From assembly GCA_026770705.1 (NCBI GenBank), contig JANJGN010000163.1:434001-498000 (forward strand): DNA of 64,000 nt. The letters run 5' to 3'. The translations under genes were made by a program, and so were the position numbers. The notes under the pieces were generated by a model, which worked only from the letters and a program-made list of their open reading frames with translations, was not told where the DNA came from and made no database searches. Below, piece by piece: positions 1-15,000 of the stretch (position 1 is its first letter; the number at the start of each line of letters is the position of its first letter). This DNA comes from Isurus oxyrinchus. Taxonomy: Eukaryota.

Positions 1-3000
1 TTGGAATTGACAATCTAATTAGATATCAGACTTGGGATGTCAATGTGGAATTGACAATCTAATTAGATATCAGACTTGGGATGTCAACCTGGAATTGACA
101 ATCTAATTAGATATCACTCTTGGGATATCAACCTGGAATTGACAATCTAATTAGATATCAGACTTGGGATGTCAACCTGGAATTGACAATCTAATTAGAT
201 ATCAGACTTGGGATCTCAACCTGGAATTGACAATCTAATTAGAAATCAGACTTGGGATGTCAACTTGGAATTGACAATCTAATTAGATATCAGACTTGGG
301 ATGTCAATGTGGAATTGACAATCTAATTAGATATCAGACTTGGGATGTCAACTTGGAATTGACAATCTAATTAGATATCAGACTTGGGATGTCAACCTGG
401 AATTGACAATCTAATTAGATATCAGACTTGGGATGTCAACTTGGAATTGACAAACTAATTAGATATCACTCCTGGGATGTCAACCTGGATTTGACAATCT
501 AATTAGATATCAGACTTGGGATGTCAACTTGGAATTGACAATCTAATTAGATATCAGACTTGGGATGTCAACCTGGAATTGACAATCTAATTAGAAATCA
601 GACTTGGGATGTCGACTTGGAATTGACAATCGAATTAGATATCAGACTTGGGATGTCAATCTGGAATTGACAATCTAATTAGATATCAGACTTGGGATGT
701 CAACCAGCTATTGACAATCTAATTAGATATCAGACTTGGGATGTCAACTTGGAATTGACAATCTAATTAGATATCAAACTTGGGATGTCAACCTGGAATT
801 GACAATCTAATTAGATATCAAACTTGGGATGTCAACTTGGAATTGACAATCTAATTAGATATCAGACTTGGGATGTCAACCTGGAATTGACAATCTAATT
901 AGATATCAAAATTGGGATGTCAACCTAGAATTGACAATCTAATTAGATATCAGACTTGGGATGTCAACCTGGAATTGACAATCTAATTAGATATCACACT
1001 TGGGATATCAACCTGGAATTGACAATCTAATTAGATATCAGACTTGGGATTTCAACCTGGAATTGACAATCTAATTAGATATCAGACTTGGGATGTCAAC
1101 CTGGAATTGACAATCTCATTAGATATCAGACTTGGGATGTCAAACTGGAATTGACAATCTAATTAGATATCAGACTTGGGATGTCAACCTGGAATTGACA
1201 ATCTAATTAGATATCAGACTTGGGATGTCAACTTGGAATTGACAATCTAATTAGATATCAGACTTGGCATGTCAACCTGGAATTGACGATCTAATTAGAT
1301 ATCAGACTTGGGATGTCAACCTGGAATTGACAATCTAATTAGATATCACACTTGGGATGTCAACCTGGATTTGACAATCTAATTAGATATCAGACTTGGG
1401 ATGTCAAACTGGAATTGACAATCTAATTAGATATCAGACTTGGGATGTCAACCTGGAATTGACAATCTCATTTGATATCAGACTTGGGATGTCAACCTGG
1501 AATTGACAATCTAATTAGATATCAGACTTGGGATGTCAACTTGGAATTGACAATCTAATTAGCTATCAAACTTGGGATGTCAACCTGGAATTGACAATCT
1601 AATTAGATATCAGACTTGGGATGTCAATCTGGAATTGACAATCTAATTAGATATCAGACTTGGAGTGTCAACTTGGAATTGACAATCTAATTAGATATCA
1701 CACTTGGGATGTCAACCTGGATTTGACAATCTAATTAGATATCAGACTTGGGATGTCAACCTGGAATTGACAATCTCATTAGATATCAAACTTGGGATGT
1801 CAACCTGGAATTGACAATCTAATTAGATATCAGACTTGGGATGTCAACCTGGAATTGACAATCTAATTAGATATCAGACTTGGGATGTCAACCAGGAATT
1901 GACAATCTAATTAGATATCAGACTTGGGATGTCAACCTGGAATTGACAATCTAATTAGATATCAGACTTGGGATGTCAACCTGGAATTGACAATCTAATT
2001 AGATATCAAACTTGGGATGTCAACCTGGAATTGACGATCGAATTAGATATCACACTTGGGATGTCAACCTGGAATTGACAATCTAATTAGATATCAGACT
2101 TGGGATGTCAACCTGGATTTGACAATCTAATTAGATATCAGACTTGGGATGTCAACCTGGAATTGACAATCTCATTAGATATCAGACTTGGGATGTCAAC
2201 CTGGAATTGACAATCTCATTAGATATCAGACTTGGGATGTCAACCTGGAATTGACAATCTAATTAGATATCAGACTTGGGATGTCAACTTGGAATTGACA
2301 ATCTAATTAGATATCAAACTTGGGATGTCAACCTGGAATTGACAGTCTAATTAGATATCAGACTTGGGATGTCAATCTGGAATTGACAATCTAATTAGAT
2401 ATCAAACTTGGGATGTCAACCTGGAATTGACAATCTAATTAGATATCAAACTTGGGATGTCAACTTGGAATTGACAATCTAATTAGATATCAGACTTGGG
2501 ATGTCAACCTGGAATTGACAATCTAATTAGATATCAAAATTGGGATGTCAACCTAGAATTGACATTCTAATTAGATATCAGACTTGGGATGTCAACCTGG
2601 AATTGACAATCTAATTAGATATCACACTTGGGATATCAACCTGGAATTGAAAATCTAATTAGATATCAGACTTGGGATGTCAACCTGGAATTGACAATCT
2701 AATTAGATATCAGACTTGGGATGTCAACCTGGAATTGACAATCTCATTAGATATCAGACTTGGGATGTCAACCTGGAATTGACAATCTAATTAGATATCA
2801 AACTTGGGATGTCAACCTGGAATTAACAATCTAATTAGATATCAGACTTGGGATGTCAACCTGGAATTGACAATCTAATTAGATATCACACTTGGGATGT
2901 CAACCTGGATTTGACAATCTAATTAGATATCAGACTTGGGATGTCAACCTGGAATTGACAATCTAATTAGATATCAGACTTGGGATGTCAACCTGGAATT

Positions 3001-6000
3001 GACAATCTCATTAGATATCAGACTTGGGATGTCAACCTGGAATTGACAATCTAATTAGATATCAGACTTGGGATGTCAACTTGGAATTGACAATCTAATT
3101 AGATATCAAACTTGGGATGTCAACCTGGAATTGACAATCTAATTAGATATCAGACTTGGGATGTCAATCTGGAATTGACAATCTAATTAGATATCAGACT
3201 TGGGGTGTCAACTTGGAATTGACAATCTAATTAGATATCAAACTTGGGATGTCAACCTGGAATTGACAATCTAATTCGATATCAAACTTGGGATGTCAAC
3301 TTGGAATTGACAATCTAATTAGATATCAAACTTGGGATGTCAACCTTGAATTGACAATCTAATTAGATATCAAACTTGGGATGTCAACCTGGAATTGACA
3401 ATCTAATTAGATATCAGACTTGGGATGTCAACCTGGAATTGACAATCTAATTAGATATCAAAATTGGGATGTCAACCTAGAATTGACAATCTAATTAGAT
3501 ATCAGACTTGGGATGTCAACCTGGAATTGACAATCTAATTAGATATCACTCTTGGGATATCAACCTGGAATTGACAATCTAATTAGATATCAGACTTGGG
3601 ATGTCAACCTGGAATTGACAATCTAATTAGATATCAGACTTGGGATCTCAACCTGGAATTGACAATCTAATTAGAAATCAGACTTGGGATGTCAACTTGG
3701 AATTGACAATCTAATTAGATATCAGACTTGGGATGTCAATGTGGAATTGACAATCTAATTAGATATCAGACTTGGGATGTCAACTTGGAATTGACAATCT
3801 AATTAGATATCAGACTTGGGATGTCAACCTGGAATTGACAATCTAATTAGATATCAGACTTGGGATGTCAACTTGGAATTGACAAACTAATTAGATATCA
3901 CTCCTGGGATGTCAACCTGGATTTGACAATCTAATTAGATATCAGACTTGGGATGTCAACTTGGAATTGACAATCTAATTAGATATCAGACTTGGGATGT
4001 CAACCTGGAATTGACAATCTAATTAGAAATCAGACTTGGGATGTCGACTTGGAATTGACAATCGAATTAGATATCAGACTTGGGATGTCAATCTGGAATT
4101 GACAATCTAATTAGATATCAGACTTGGGATGTCAACCAGCTATTGACAATCTAATTAGATATCAGACTTGGGATGTCAACTTGGAATTGACAATCTAATT
4201 AGATATCAAACTTGGGATGTCAACCTGGAATTGACAATCTAATTAGATATCAAACTTGGGATGTCAACTTGGAATTGACAATCTAATTAGATATCAGACT
4301 TGGGATGTCAACCTGGAATTGACAATCTAATTAGATATCAAAATTGGGATGTCAACCTAGAATTGACAATCTAATTAGATATCAGACTTGGGATGTCAAC
4401 CTGGAATTGACAATCTAATTAGATATCACACTTGGGATATCAACCTGGAATTGACAATCTAATTAGATATCAGACTTGGGATTTCAACCTGGAATTGACA
4501 ATCTAATTAGATATCAGACTTGGGATGTCAACCTGGAATTGACAATCTCATTAGATATCAGACTTGGGATGTCAACCTGGAATTGACAATCTAATTAGAT
4601 ATCAGACTTGGGATGTCAACCTGGAATTGACAATCTAATTAGATATCAGACTTGGGATGTCAACTTGGAATTGACAATCTAATTAGATATCAGACTTGGC
4701 ATGTCAACCTGGAATTGACAATCTAATTAGATATCAGACTTGGGATGTCAACCTGGAATTGACAATCTCATTAGATATCAGACTTGGGATGTCAACCTGG
4801 AATTGACAATCTAATTAGATATCAGACTTGGGATGTCAACCTGGAATTGACAATCTAATTAGATATCAGACTTGGGATGTCAACTTGGAATTGACAATCT
4901 AATTAGAAGTCAGACTTGGGATGTCAACTTGGAATTGACAATCTCATTAGATATCAGACTTGGGATGTCAACCTGGAATTGACAATCTAATTAGATATCA
5001 GACTTGGGATGTCAACTTGGAAGTGACAATCTAATTAGATATCAGACTTGGGATGTCAACCTGGAATTGACAATCTAATTAGATATCAGACTTGGGATGT
5101 CAACTTGGAATTGACAATCTAATTAGATATCACACTTGGGATGTCAACCTGGATTTGACAATCTAATTAGATATCAGACTTGGGATGTCAACCTGGAATT
5201 GACAATCTAATTAGATATCAGACTTGGGATGTCAACCTGGAATTGACAATCTAATTAGATATCAGACTTGGGATGTCAACCTGGAATTGACAATCTAATT
5301 AGAAATCAGACTTGGGATGTCGACTTGGAATTGCCAATCTAATTAGATATCAGACTTGGGATGTCAATCTGGAATTGACAATCTAATTAGATATCAGACT
5401 TGGGATGTCAACCTGCTATTGAAAATCTAATTAGATATCAGACTTGGGATGTCAACTTGGAATTGACAATCTAATTAGATATCAAACTTGGGATGTCAAC
5501 CTGGAATTGACAATCTAATTAGATATCAAACTTGGGATGTCAACTTGGAATTGACAATCTAATTAGATATCAGACTTGGGATGTCAACCTAGAATTGACA
5601 ATCTAATTAGATATCACACTTGGGATGTCAACCTGGATTTGACAATCTAATTAGATATCAGACTTGGGATGTCAACTTGGAATTGACAATCTAATTAGAT
5701 ATCACACTTGGGATGTCAACCTGGATTTGACAATCTAATTAGATATCAGACTTGGGATGTCAACCTGGAATTGACAATCTAATTAGATATCAAACTTGGG
5801 ATGTCAACCTGGAATTGACAATCTAATTAAATATCAGACTTGGGATGTTAACCTGGAATTGACAATATAATTAGATATCACACTTGGGATGTCAACCTGG
5901 ATTTGACAATCTAATTAGATATCAGACTTGGGATGTCAACCTGGAATTGACAATCTAATTAGATATCAGACTTGGGATGTCAACCTGGAATTGACAATCT

Positions 6001-9000
6001 CATTAGATATCAGACTTGGGATGTCAACCTGGAATTGACAATCTAATTAGATATCAGACTTGGGATGTCAACTTGGAATTGACAATCTAATTAGATATCA
6101 AACTTGGGATGTCAACCTGGAAATGACAATCTAATTAGATATCAGACTTGGGATGTCAATCTGGAATTGACAATCTAATTAGATATCAGACTTGGGGTGT
6201 CAACTTGGAATTGACAATCTAATTAGATATCAAACTTGGGATGTCAACCTGGAATTGACAATCTAATTAGATATCAAACTTGGGATGTCAACTTGGAATT
6301 GACAATCTAATTAGATATCAAACTTGGGCTGTCAACCTGGAATTGACAATCTAATTAGATATCAAACTTGGGATGTCAACCTGGAATTGACAATCTAATT
6401 AGATATCAGACTTGGGATGTCAACCTGGAATTGACAATCTAATTAGATATCAAAATTGGGATGTCAACCTAGAATTGACAATCTAATTAGATATCAGACT
6501 TGGGATGTCAACCTGGAATTGACAATCTAATTAGATATCAGACTTGGGATATCAACCTGGAACTGACAATCTAATTAGATATCAGACTTGGGATGTCAAC
6601 CTGGAATTGACAATCTAATTAGATATCAGACTTGGGATGTCAACCTGGAATTGACAATCTCATTAGATATCAGACTTGGGATGTCAACCTGGAATTGACA
6701 ATCTAATTAGATATCAGACTTGGGATGTCAACCTGGAATTGACAATCTAATTAGATATCAGACTTGGGATGTCAACTTGGAATTGACAATCTAATTAGAT
6801 ATCAGACTTGGCATGTCAACCTGGAATTGACAATCTAATTAGAAATCAGACTTGGGATGTCAACTTGGAATTGACAATCTAATTAGATATCAGACTTGGG
6901 ATGTCAACCTGGAATTGACAATCTAATTAGATATCAGACTTGGGATGTCAACTTGGAATTGACAATCTAATTAGATATCAGACTTGGGATGTCAACCTGG
7001 AATTGACAATCTAATTAGATATCAGACTTGGGATGTCAACTTGGAATTGACAATCTAATTAGATATCACACTTGGGATGTCAACCTGGATTTGACAATCT
7101 AATTAGATATCAGACTTGGGATGTCAACTTGGAATTGACAATCTAATTAGATATCAGACTTGGGATGTCAACCTGGAATTGACAATCTAATTAGAAATCA
7201 GACTTGGGATGTCGACTTGGAATTGACAATCTAATTAGATATCAGACTTGGGATGTCAATCTGGAATTGACAATCTAATTAGATATCAGACTTGGGATGT
7301 CAACCTGCTATTGACAATCTAATTAGATATCAGACTTGGGATGTCAAGTTGGAATTGACAATCTAATTAGATATCAAACTTGGGATGTCAACCTGGAATT
7401 GACAATCTAATTAGATATCAAAATTGGGATGTCAACTTGGAATTGACAATCTAATTAGATATCAGACTTGGGATGTCAACCTGGAATTGACAATCTAATT
7501 AGATATCAAACTTGGGATGTCAACCTGGAATTGACAATCTAATTAGATATCAGACTTGGGATGTCAACCTGGAATTGACAATCTAATTAGATATCAGACT
7601 TGGGATGTCAACCTGGAATTGACAATCTAATTAGATATCAAACTTGGGATGTCAACCTAGAATTGACAATCTAATTAGATATCAGACTTGGGATGTCAAC
7701 CTAGAATTGACAATCTAATTAGATAACAGACTTGGGATGTCAACCTGGAATTGACAATCTAATTAGATATCACACTTGGGATGTCAACCTGGATTTGACA
7801 ATCTAATTAGATATCAGACTTGGGATGTCAACCTGGAATTGACAATCTAATTAGATATCAGACTTGGGATGTCAACCTGGAATTGACAATCTCATTAGAT
7901 ATCACACTTGGGATATCAACCTGGAATTGAAAATCTAATTAGATATCAGACTTGGGATGTCAACCTGGAATTGACAATCTAATTAGATATCAGACTTGGG
8001 ATGTCAACCTGGAATTGACAATCTCATTAGATATCAAACTTGGGATGTCAACCTGGAATTGACGATCTAATTAGATATCAGACTTGGGATGTCAACCTGG
8101 AATTGACGATCTAATTAGATATCAGACTTGGGATGTCAACCTGGAATTGACAATCTAATTAGATGTCACACTTGGGATGTCAACCTGGATTTGACAATCT
8201 AATTAGATATCAGACTTGGGATGTCAACCTGGAATTGACAATCTAATTAGATATCAGATTTGGGATGTCAACCTGGAATTGACAATCTCATTAGATATCA
8301 GACTTGGGATGTCAACCTGGAATTGACAATCTAATTAGATATCACACTTGGGATGTCAACTTGGAATTGACAATCTAATTAGATATCAAACTTTGGATGT
8401 CAACCTGGAATTGACAATCTAATTAGATATCAGACTTGGGATGTCAATCTGGAATTGACAATCTAATTAGATATCAGACTTGGAGTGTCAACTTGGAATT
8501 GACAATCTAATTAGATATCACACTTGGGATGTCAACCTGGATTTGACAATCTAATTAGATATCAGACTTGGGATGTCAACCTGGAATTGACAATCTAATT
8601 AGATATCAAACTTGGGATGTCAACCTGGAATTGACAGTCTAATTAGATATCAGACTTGGGATGTCAACCTGGAATTGACAATCTAATTAGATATCAGACT
8701 TGGGATGTCAACCTGGAATTGACAATCTAATTAGATATCAGACTTGGGATGTCAACCTGGAATTGACAATCTAATTAGATATCAGACTTGGGATGTCAAC
8801 CTGGAATTGACAATCTAATTAGATATCAAACTTGGGATGTCAACCTGGAATTGACGATCTAATTAGATATCAGACTTGGGATGTCAACCTGGAATTGACA
8901 ATCTAATTAGATATCACACTTGGGATGTCAACCTGGATTTGACAATCTAATTCGATATCAGACTTGGGATGTCAACCTGGAATTGACAATCTCATTAGAT

Positions 9001-12000
9001 ATCAGACTTGGGATGTCAACCTGGAATTGACAATCTAATTAGATATCAGACTTGGGATGTCACCCTGGAATTGACAATCTCATTAGATATCAGACTTGGG
9101 ATGTCAACCTGGAATTGACAATCTAATTAGATATCAGACTTGGGATGTCAACTTGGAATTGACAATCTAATTAGATATCAAACTTGGGATGTCAACCTGG
9201 AATTGACAATCTAATTAGATATCAGACTTGGGATGTCAATCTGGAATTGACAATCTAATTAGATATCAGACTTGGGATGTCAACCTGGAATTGACAATCT
9301 AATTAGATATCAAACTTGGGATGTCAACCTGGAATTGACAATCTAATTAGATATCAGACTTGGGATGTCAACCTGGAATTTACAATCTAATTAGATATCA
9401 AACTTGGGATGTCAACCTAGAATTGACAATCTAATTAGATATCATACTTGGGATGTCAACCTGGAATTGACAATCTAATTAGATATGAAACTTGGGATGT
9501 CAACCTGGAATTGACAATATAATTAGATATCAGACTTGGGATGTCAACCTGGAATTGACAATCTAATTAGATATCAGACTTGGGATGTCAACCTGGAATT
9601 GAGAATCTAATTAGATATCAGTCTTGGGATGTCAACTTTGAATTGACAATCTAATTAGATATCAAACTTGGGATGTCAACCTGGAATTGACGATCTAATT
9701 AGATATCAGACTTGGGATGTCGACTTGGAATTGACAATCGAATTAGATATCAGACTTGGGATGTCAATCTGGAATTGACAATCTAATTAGATATCAGACT
9801 TGGGATGTCAACCAGCTATTGACAATCTAATTAGATATCAGACTTGGGATGTCAACTTGGAATTGACAATCTAATTAGATATCAAACTTGGGATGTCAAC
9901 CTGGAATTGACAATCTAATTAGATATCAAACTTGGGATGTCAACTTGGAATTGACAATCTAATTAGATATCAGACTTGGGATGTCAACCTGGAATTGACA
10001 ATCTAATTAGATATCAAAATTGGGATGTCAACCTAGAATTGACAATCTAATTAGATATCAGACTTGGGATGTCAACCTGGAATTGACAATCTAATTAGAT
10101 ATCACACTTGGGATATCAACCTGGAATTGACAATCTAATTAGATATCAGACTTGGGATTTCAACCTGGAATTGACAATCTAATTAGATATCAGACTTGGG
10201 ATGTCAACCTGGAATTGACAATCTCATTAGATATCAGACTTGGGATGTCAACCTGGAATTGACAATCTAATTAGATATCAGACTTGGGATGTCAACCTGG
10301 AATTGACAATCTAATTAGATATCAGACTTGGGATGTCAACTTGGAATTGACAATCTAATTAGATATCAGACTTGGCATGTCAACCTGGAATTGACAATCT
10401 AATTAGATATCAGACTTGGGATGTCAACCTGGAATTGACAATCTCATTAGATATCAGACTTGGGATGTCAACCTGGAATTGACAATCTAATTAGATATCA
10501 GACTTGGGATGTCAACCTGGAATTGACAATCTAATTAGATATCAGACTTGGGATGTCAACTTGGAATTGACAATCTAATTAGAAGTCAGACTTGGGATGT
10601 CAACTTGGAATTGACAATCTCATTAGATATCAGACTTGGGATGTCAACCTGGAATTGACAATCTAATTAGATATCAGACTTGGGATGTCAACTTGGAAGT
10701 GACAATCTAATTAGATATCAGACTTGGGATGTCAACCTGGAATTGACAATCTAATTAGATATCAGACTTGGGATGTCAACTTGGAATTGACAATCTAATT
10801 AGATATCACACTTGGGATGTCAACCTGGATTTGACAATCTAATTAGATATCAGACTTGGGATGTCAACCTGGAATTGACAATCTAATTAGATATCAGACT
10901 TGGGATGTCAACCTGGAATTGACAATCTAATTAGATATCAGACTTGGGATGTCAACCTGGAATTGACAATCTAATTAGAAATCAGACTTGGGATGTCGAC
11001 TTGGAATTGACAATCTAATTAGATATCAGACTTGGGATGTCAATCTGGAATTGACAATCTAATTAGATATCAGACTTGGGATGTCAACCTGCTATTGAAA
11101 ATCTAATTAGATATCAGACTTGGGATGTCAACTTGGAATTGACAATCTAATTAGATATCAAACTTGGGATGTCAACCTGGAATTGACAATCTAATTAGAT
11201 ATCAAACTTGGGATGTCAACTTGGAATTGACAATCTAATTAGATATCAGACTTGGGATGTCAACCTAGAATTGACAATCTAATTAGATATCACACTTGGG
11301 ATGTCAACCTGGATTTGACAATCTAATTAGATATCAGACTTGGGATGTCAACTTGGAATTGACAATCTAATTAGATATCACACTTGGGATGTCAACCTGG
11401 ATTTGACAATCTAATTAGATATCAGACTTGGGATGTCAACCTGGAATTGACAATCTAATTAGATATCAAACTTGGGATGTCAACCTGGAATTGACAATCT
11501 AATTAAATATCAGACTTGGGATGTTAACCTGGAATTGACAATATAATTAGATATCACACTTGGGATGTCAACCTGGATTTGACAATCTAATTAGATATCA
11601 GACTTGGGATGTCAACCTGGAATTGACAATCTAATTAGATATCAGACTTGGGATGTCAACCTGGAATTGACAATCTCATTAGATATCAGACTTGGGATGT
11701 CAACCTGGAATTGACAATCTAATTAGATATCAGACTTGGGATGTCAACTTGGAATTGACAATCTAATTAGATATCAAACTTGGGATGTCAACCTGGAAAT
11801 GACAATCTAATTAGATATCAGACTTGGGATGTCAATCTGGAATTGACAATCTAATTAGATATCAGACTTGGGGTGTCAACTTGGAATTGACAATCTAATT
11901 AGATATCAAACTTGGGATGTCAACCTGGAATTGACAATCTAATTAGATATCAAACTTGGGATGTCAACTTGGAATTGACAATCTAATTAGATATCAAACT

Positions 12001-15000
12001 TGGGCTGTCAACCTGGAATTGACAATCTAATTAGATATCAAACTTGGGATGTCAACCTGGAATTGACAATCTAATTAGATATCAGACTTGGGATGTCAAC
12101 CTGGAATTGACAATCTAATTAGATATCAAAATTGGGATGTCAACCTAGAATTGACAATCTAATTAGATATCAGACTTGGGATGTCAACCTGGAATTGACA
12201 ATCTAATTAGATATCAGACTTGGGATATCAACCTGGAACTGACAATCTAATTAGATATCAGACTTGGGATGTCAACCTGGAATTGACAATCTAATTAGAT
12301 ATCAGACTTGGGATGTCAACCTGGAATTGACAATCTCATTAGATATCAGACTTGGGATGTCAACCTGGAATTGACAATCTAATTAGATATCAGACTTGGG
12401 ATGTCAACCTGGAATTGACAATCTAATTAGATATCAGACTTGGGATGTCAACTTGGAATTGACAATCTAATTAGATATCAGACTTGGCATGTCAACCTGG
12501 AATTGACAATCTAATTAGAAATCAGACTTGGGATGTCAACTTGGAATTGACAATCTAATTAGATATCAGACTTGGGATGTCAACCTGGAATTGACAATCT
12601 AATTAGATATCAGACTTGGGATGTCAACTTGGAATTGACAATCTAATTAGATATCAGACTTGGGATGTCAAGCTGGAATTGACAATCTAATTAGATATCA
12701 GACTTGGGATGTCAACTTGGAATTGACAATCTAATTAGATATCACACTTGGGATGTCAACCTGGATTTGACAATCTAATTAGATATCAGACTTGGGATGT
12801 CAACTTGGAATTGACAATCTAATTAGATATCAGACTTGGGATGTCAACCTGGAATTGACAATCTAATTAGAAATCAGACTTGGGATGTCGACTTGGAATT
12901 GACAATCTAATTAGATATCAGACTTGGGATGTCAATCTGGAATTGACAATCTAATTAGATATCAGACTTGGGATGTCAACCTGCTATTGACAATCTAATT
13001 AGATATCAGACTTGGGATGTCAAGTTGGAATTGACAATCTAATTAGATATCAAACTTGGGATGTCAACCTGGAATTGACAATCTAATTAGATATCAAAAT
13101 TGGGATGTCAACTTGGAATTGACAATCTAATTAGATATCAGACTTGGGATGTCAACCTGGAATTGACAATCTAATTAGATATCAAACTTGGGATGTCAAC
13201 CTGGAATTGACAATCTAATTAGATATCAGACTTGGGATGTCAACCTGGAATTGACAATCTAATTAGATATCAGACTTGGGATGTCAACCTGGAATTGACA
13301 ATCTAATTAGATATCAAACTTGGGATGTCAACCTAGAATTGACAATCTAATTAGATATCAGACTTGGGATGTCAACCTAGAATTGACAATCTAATTAGAT
13401 AACAGACTTGGGATGTCAACCTGGAATTGACAATCTAATTAGATATCACACTTGGGATGTCAACCTGGATTTGACAATCTAATTAGATATCAGACTTGGG
13501 ATGTCAACCTGGAATTGACAATCTAATTAGATATCAGACTTGGGATGTCAACCTGGAATTGACAATCTCATTAGATATCACACTTGGGATATCAACCTGG
13601 AATTGAAAATCTAATTAGATATCAGACTTGGGATGTCAACCTGGAATTGACAATCTAATTAGATATCAGACTTGGGATGTCAACCTGGAATTGACAATCT
13701 CATTAGATATCAAACTTGGGATGTCAACCTGGAATTGACGATCTAATTAGATATCAGACTTGGGATGTCAACCTGGAATTGACGATCTAATTAGATATCA
13801 GACTTGGGATGTCAACCTGGAATTGACAATCTAATTAGATGTCACACTTGGGATGTCAACCTGGATTTGACAATCTAATTAGATATCAGACTTGGGATGT
13901 CAACCTGGAATTGACAATCTAATTAGATATCAGATTTGGGATGTCAACCTGGAATTGACAATCTCATTAGATATCAGACTTGGGATGTCAACCTGGAATT
14001 GACAATCTAATTAGATATCACACTTGGGATGTCAACTTGGAATTGACAATCTAATTAGATATCAAACTTTGGATGTCAACCTGGAATTGACAATCTAATT
14101 AGATATCAGACTTGGGATGTCAATCTGGAATTGACAATCTAATTAGATATCAGACTTGGAGTGTCAACTTGGAATTGACAATCTAATTAGATATCACACT
14201 TGGGATGTCAACCTGGATTTGACAATCTAATTAGATATCAGACTTGGGATGTCAACCTGGAATTGACAATCTAATTAGATATCAAACTTGGGATGTCAAC
14301 CTGGAATTGACAGTCTAATTAGATATCAGACTTGGGATGTCAACCTGGAATTGACAATCTAATTAGATATCAGACTTGGGATGTCAACCTGGAATTGACA
14401 ATCTAATTAGATATCAGACTTGGGATGTCAACCTGGAATTGACAATCTAATTAGATATCAGACTTGGGATGTCAACCTGGAATTGACAATCTAATTAGAT
14501 ATCAAACTTGGGATGTCAACCTGGAATTGACGATCTAATTAGATATCAGACTTGGGATGTCAACCTGGAATTGACAATCTAATTAGATATCACACTTGGG
14601 ATGTCAACCTGGATTTGACAATCTAATTCGATATCAGACTTGGGATGTCAACCTGGAATTGACAATCTCATTAGATATCAGACTTGGGATGTCAACCTGG
14701 AATTGACAATCTAATTAGATATCAGACTTGGGATGTCACCCTGGAATTGACAATCTCATTAGATATCAGACTTGGGATGTCAACCTGGAATTGACAATCT
14801 AATTAGATATCAGACTTGGGATGTCAACTTGGAATTGACAATCTAATTAGATATCAAACTTGGGATGTCAACCTGGAATTGACAATCTAATTAGATATCA
14901 GACTTGGGATGTCAATCTGGAATTGACAATCTAATTAGATATCAGACTTGGGATGTCAACCTGGAATTGACAATCTAATTAGATATCAAACTTGGGATGT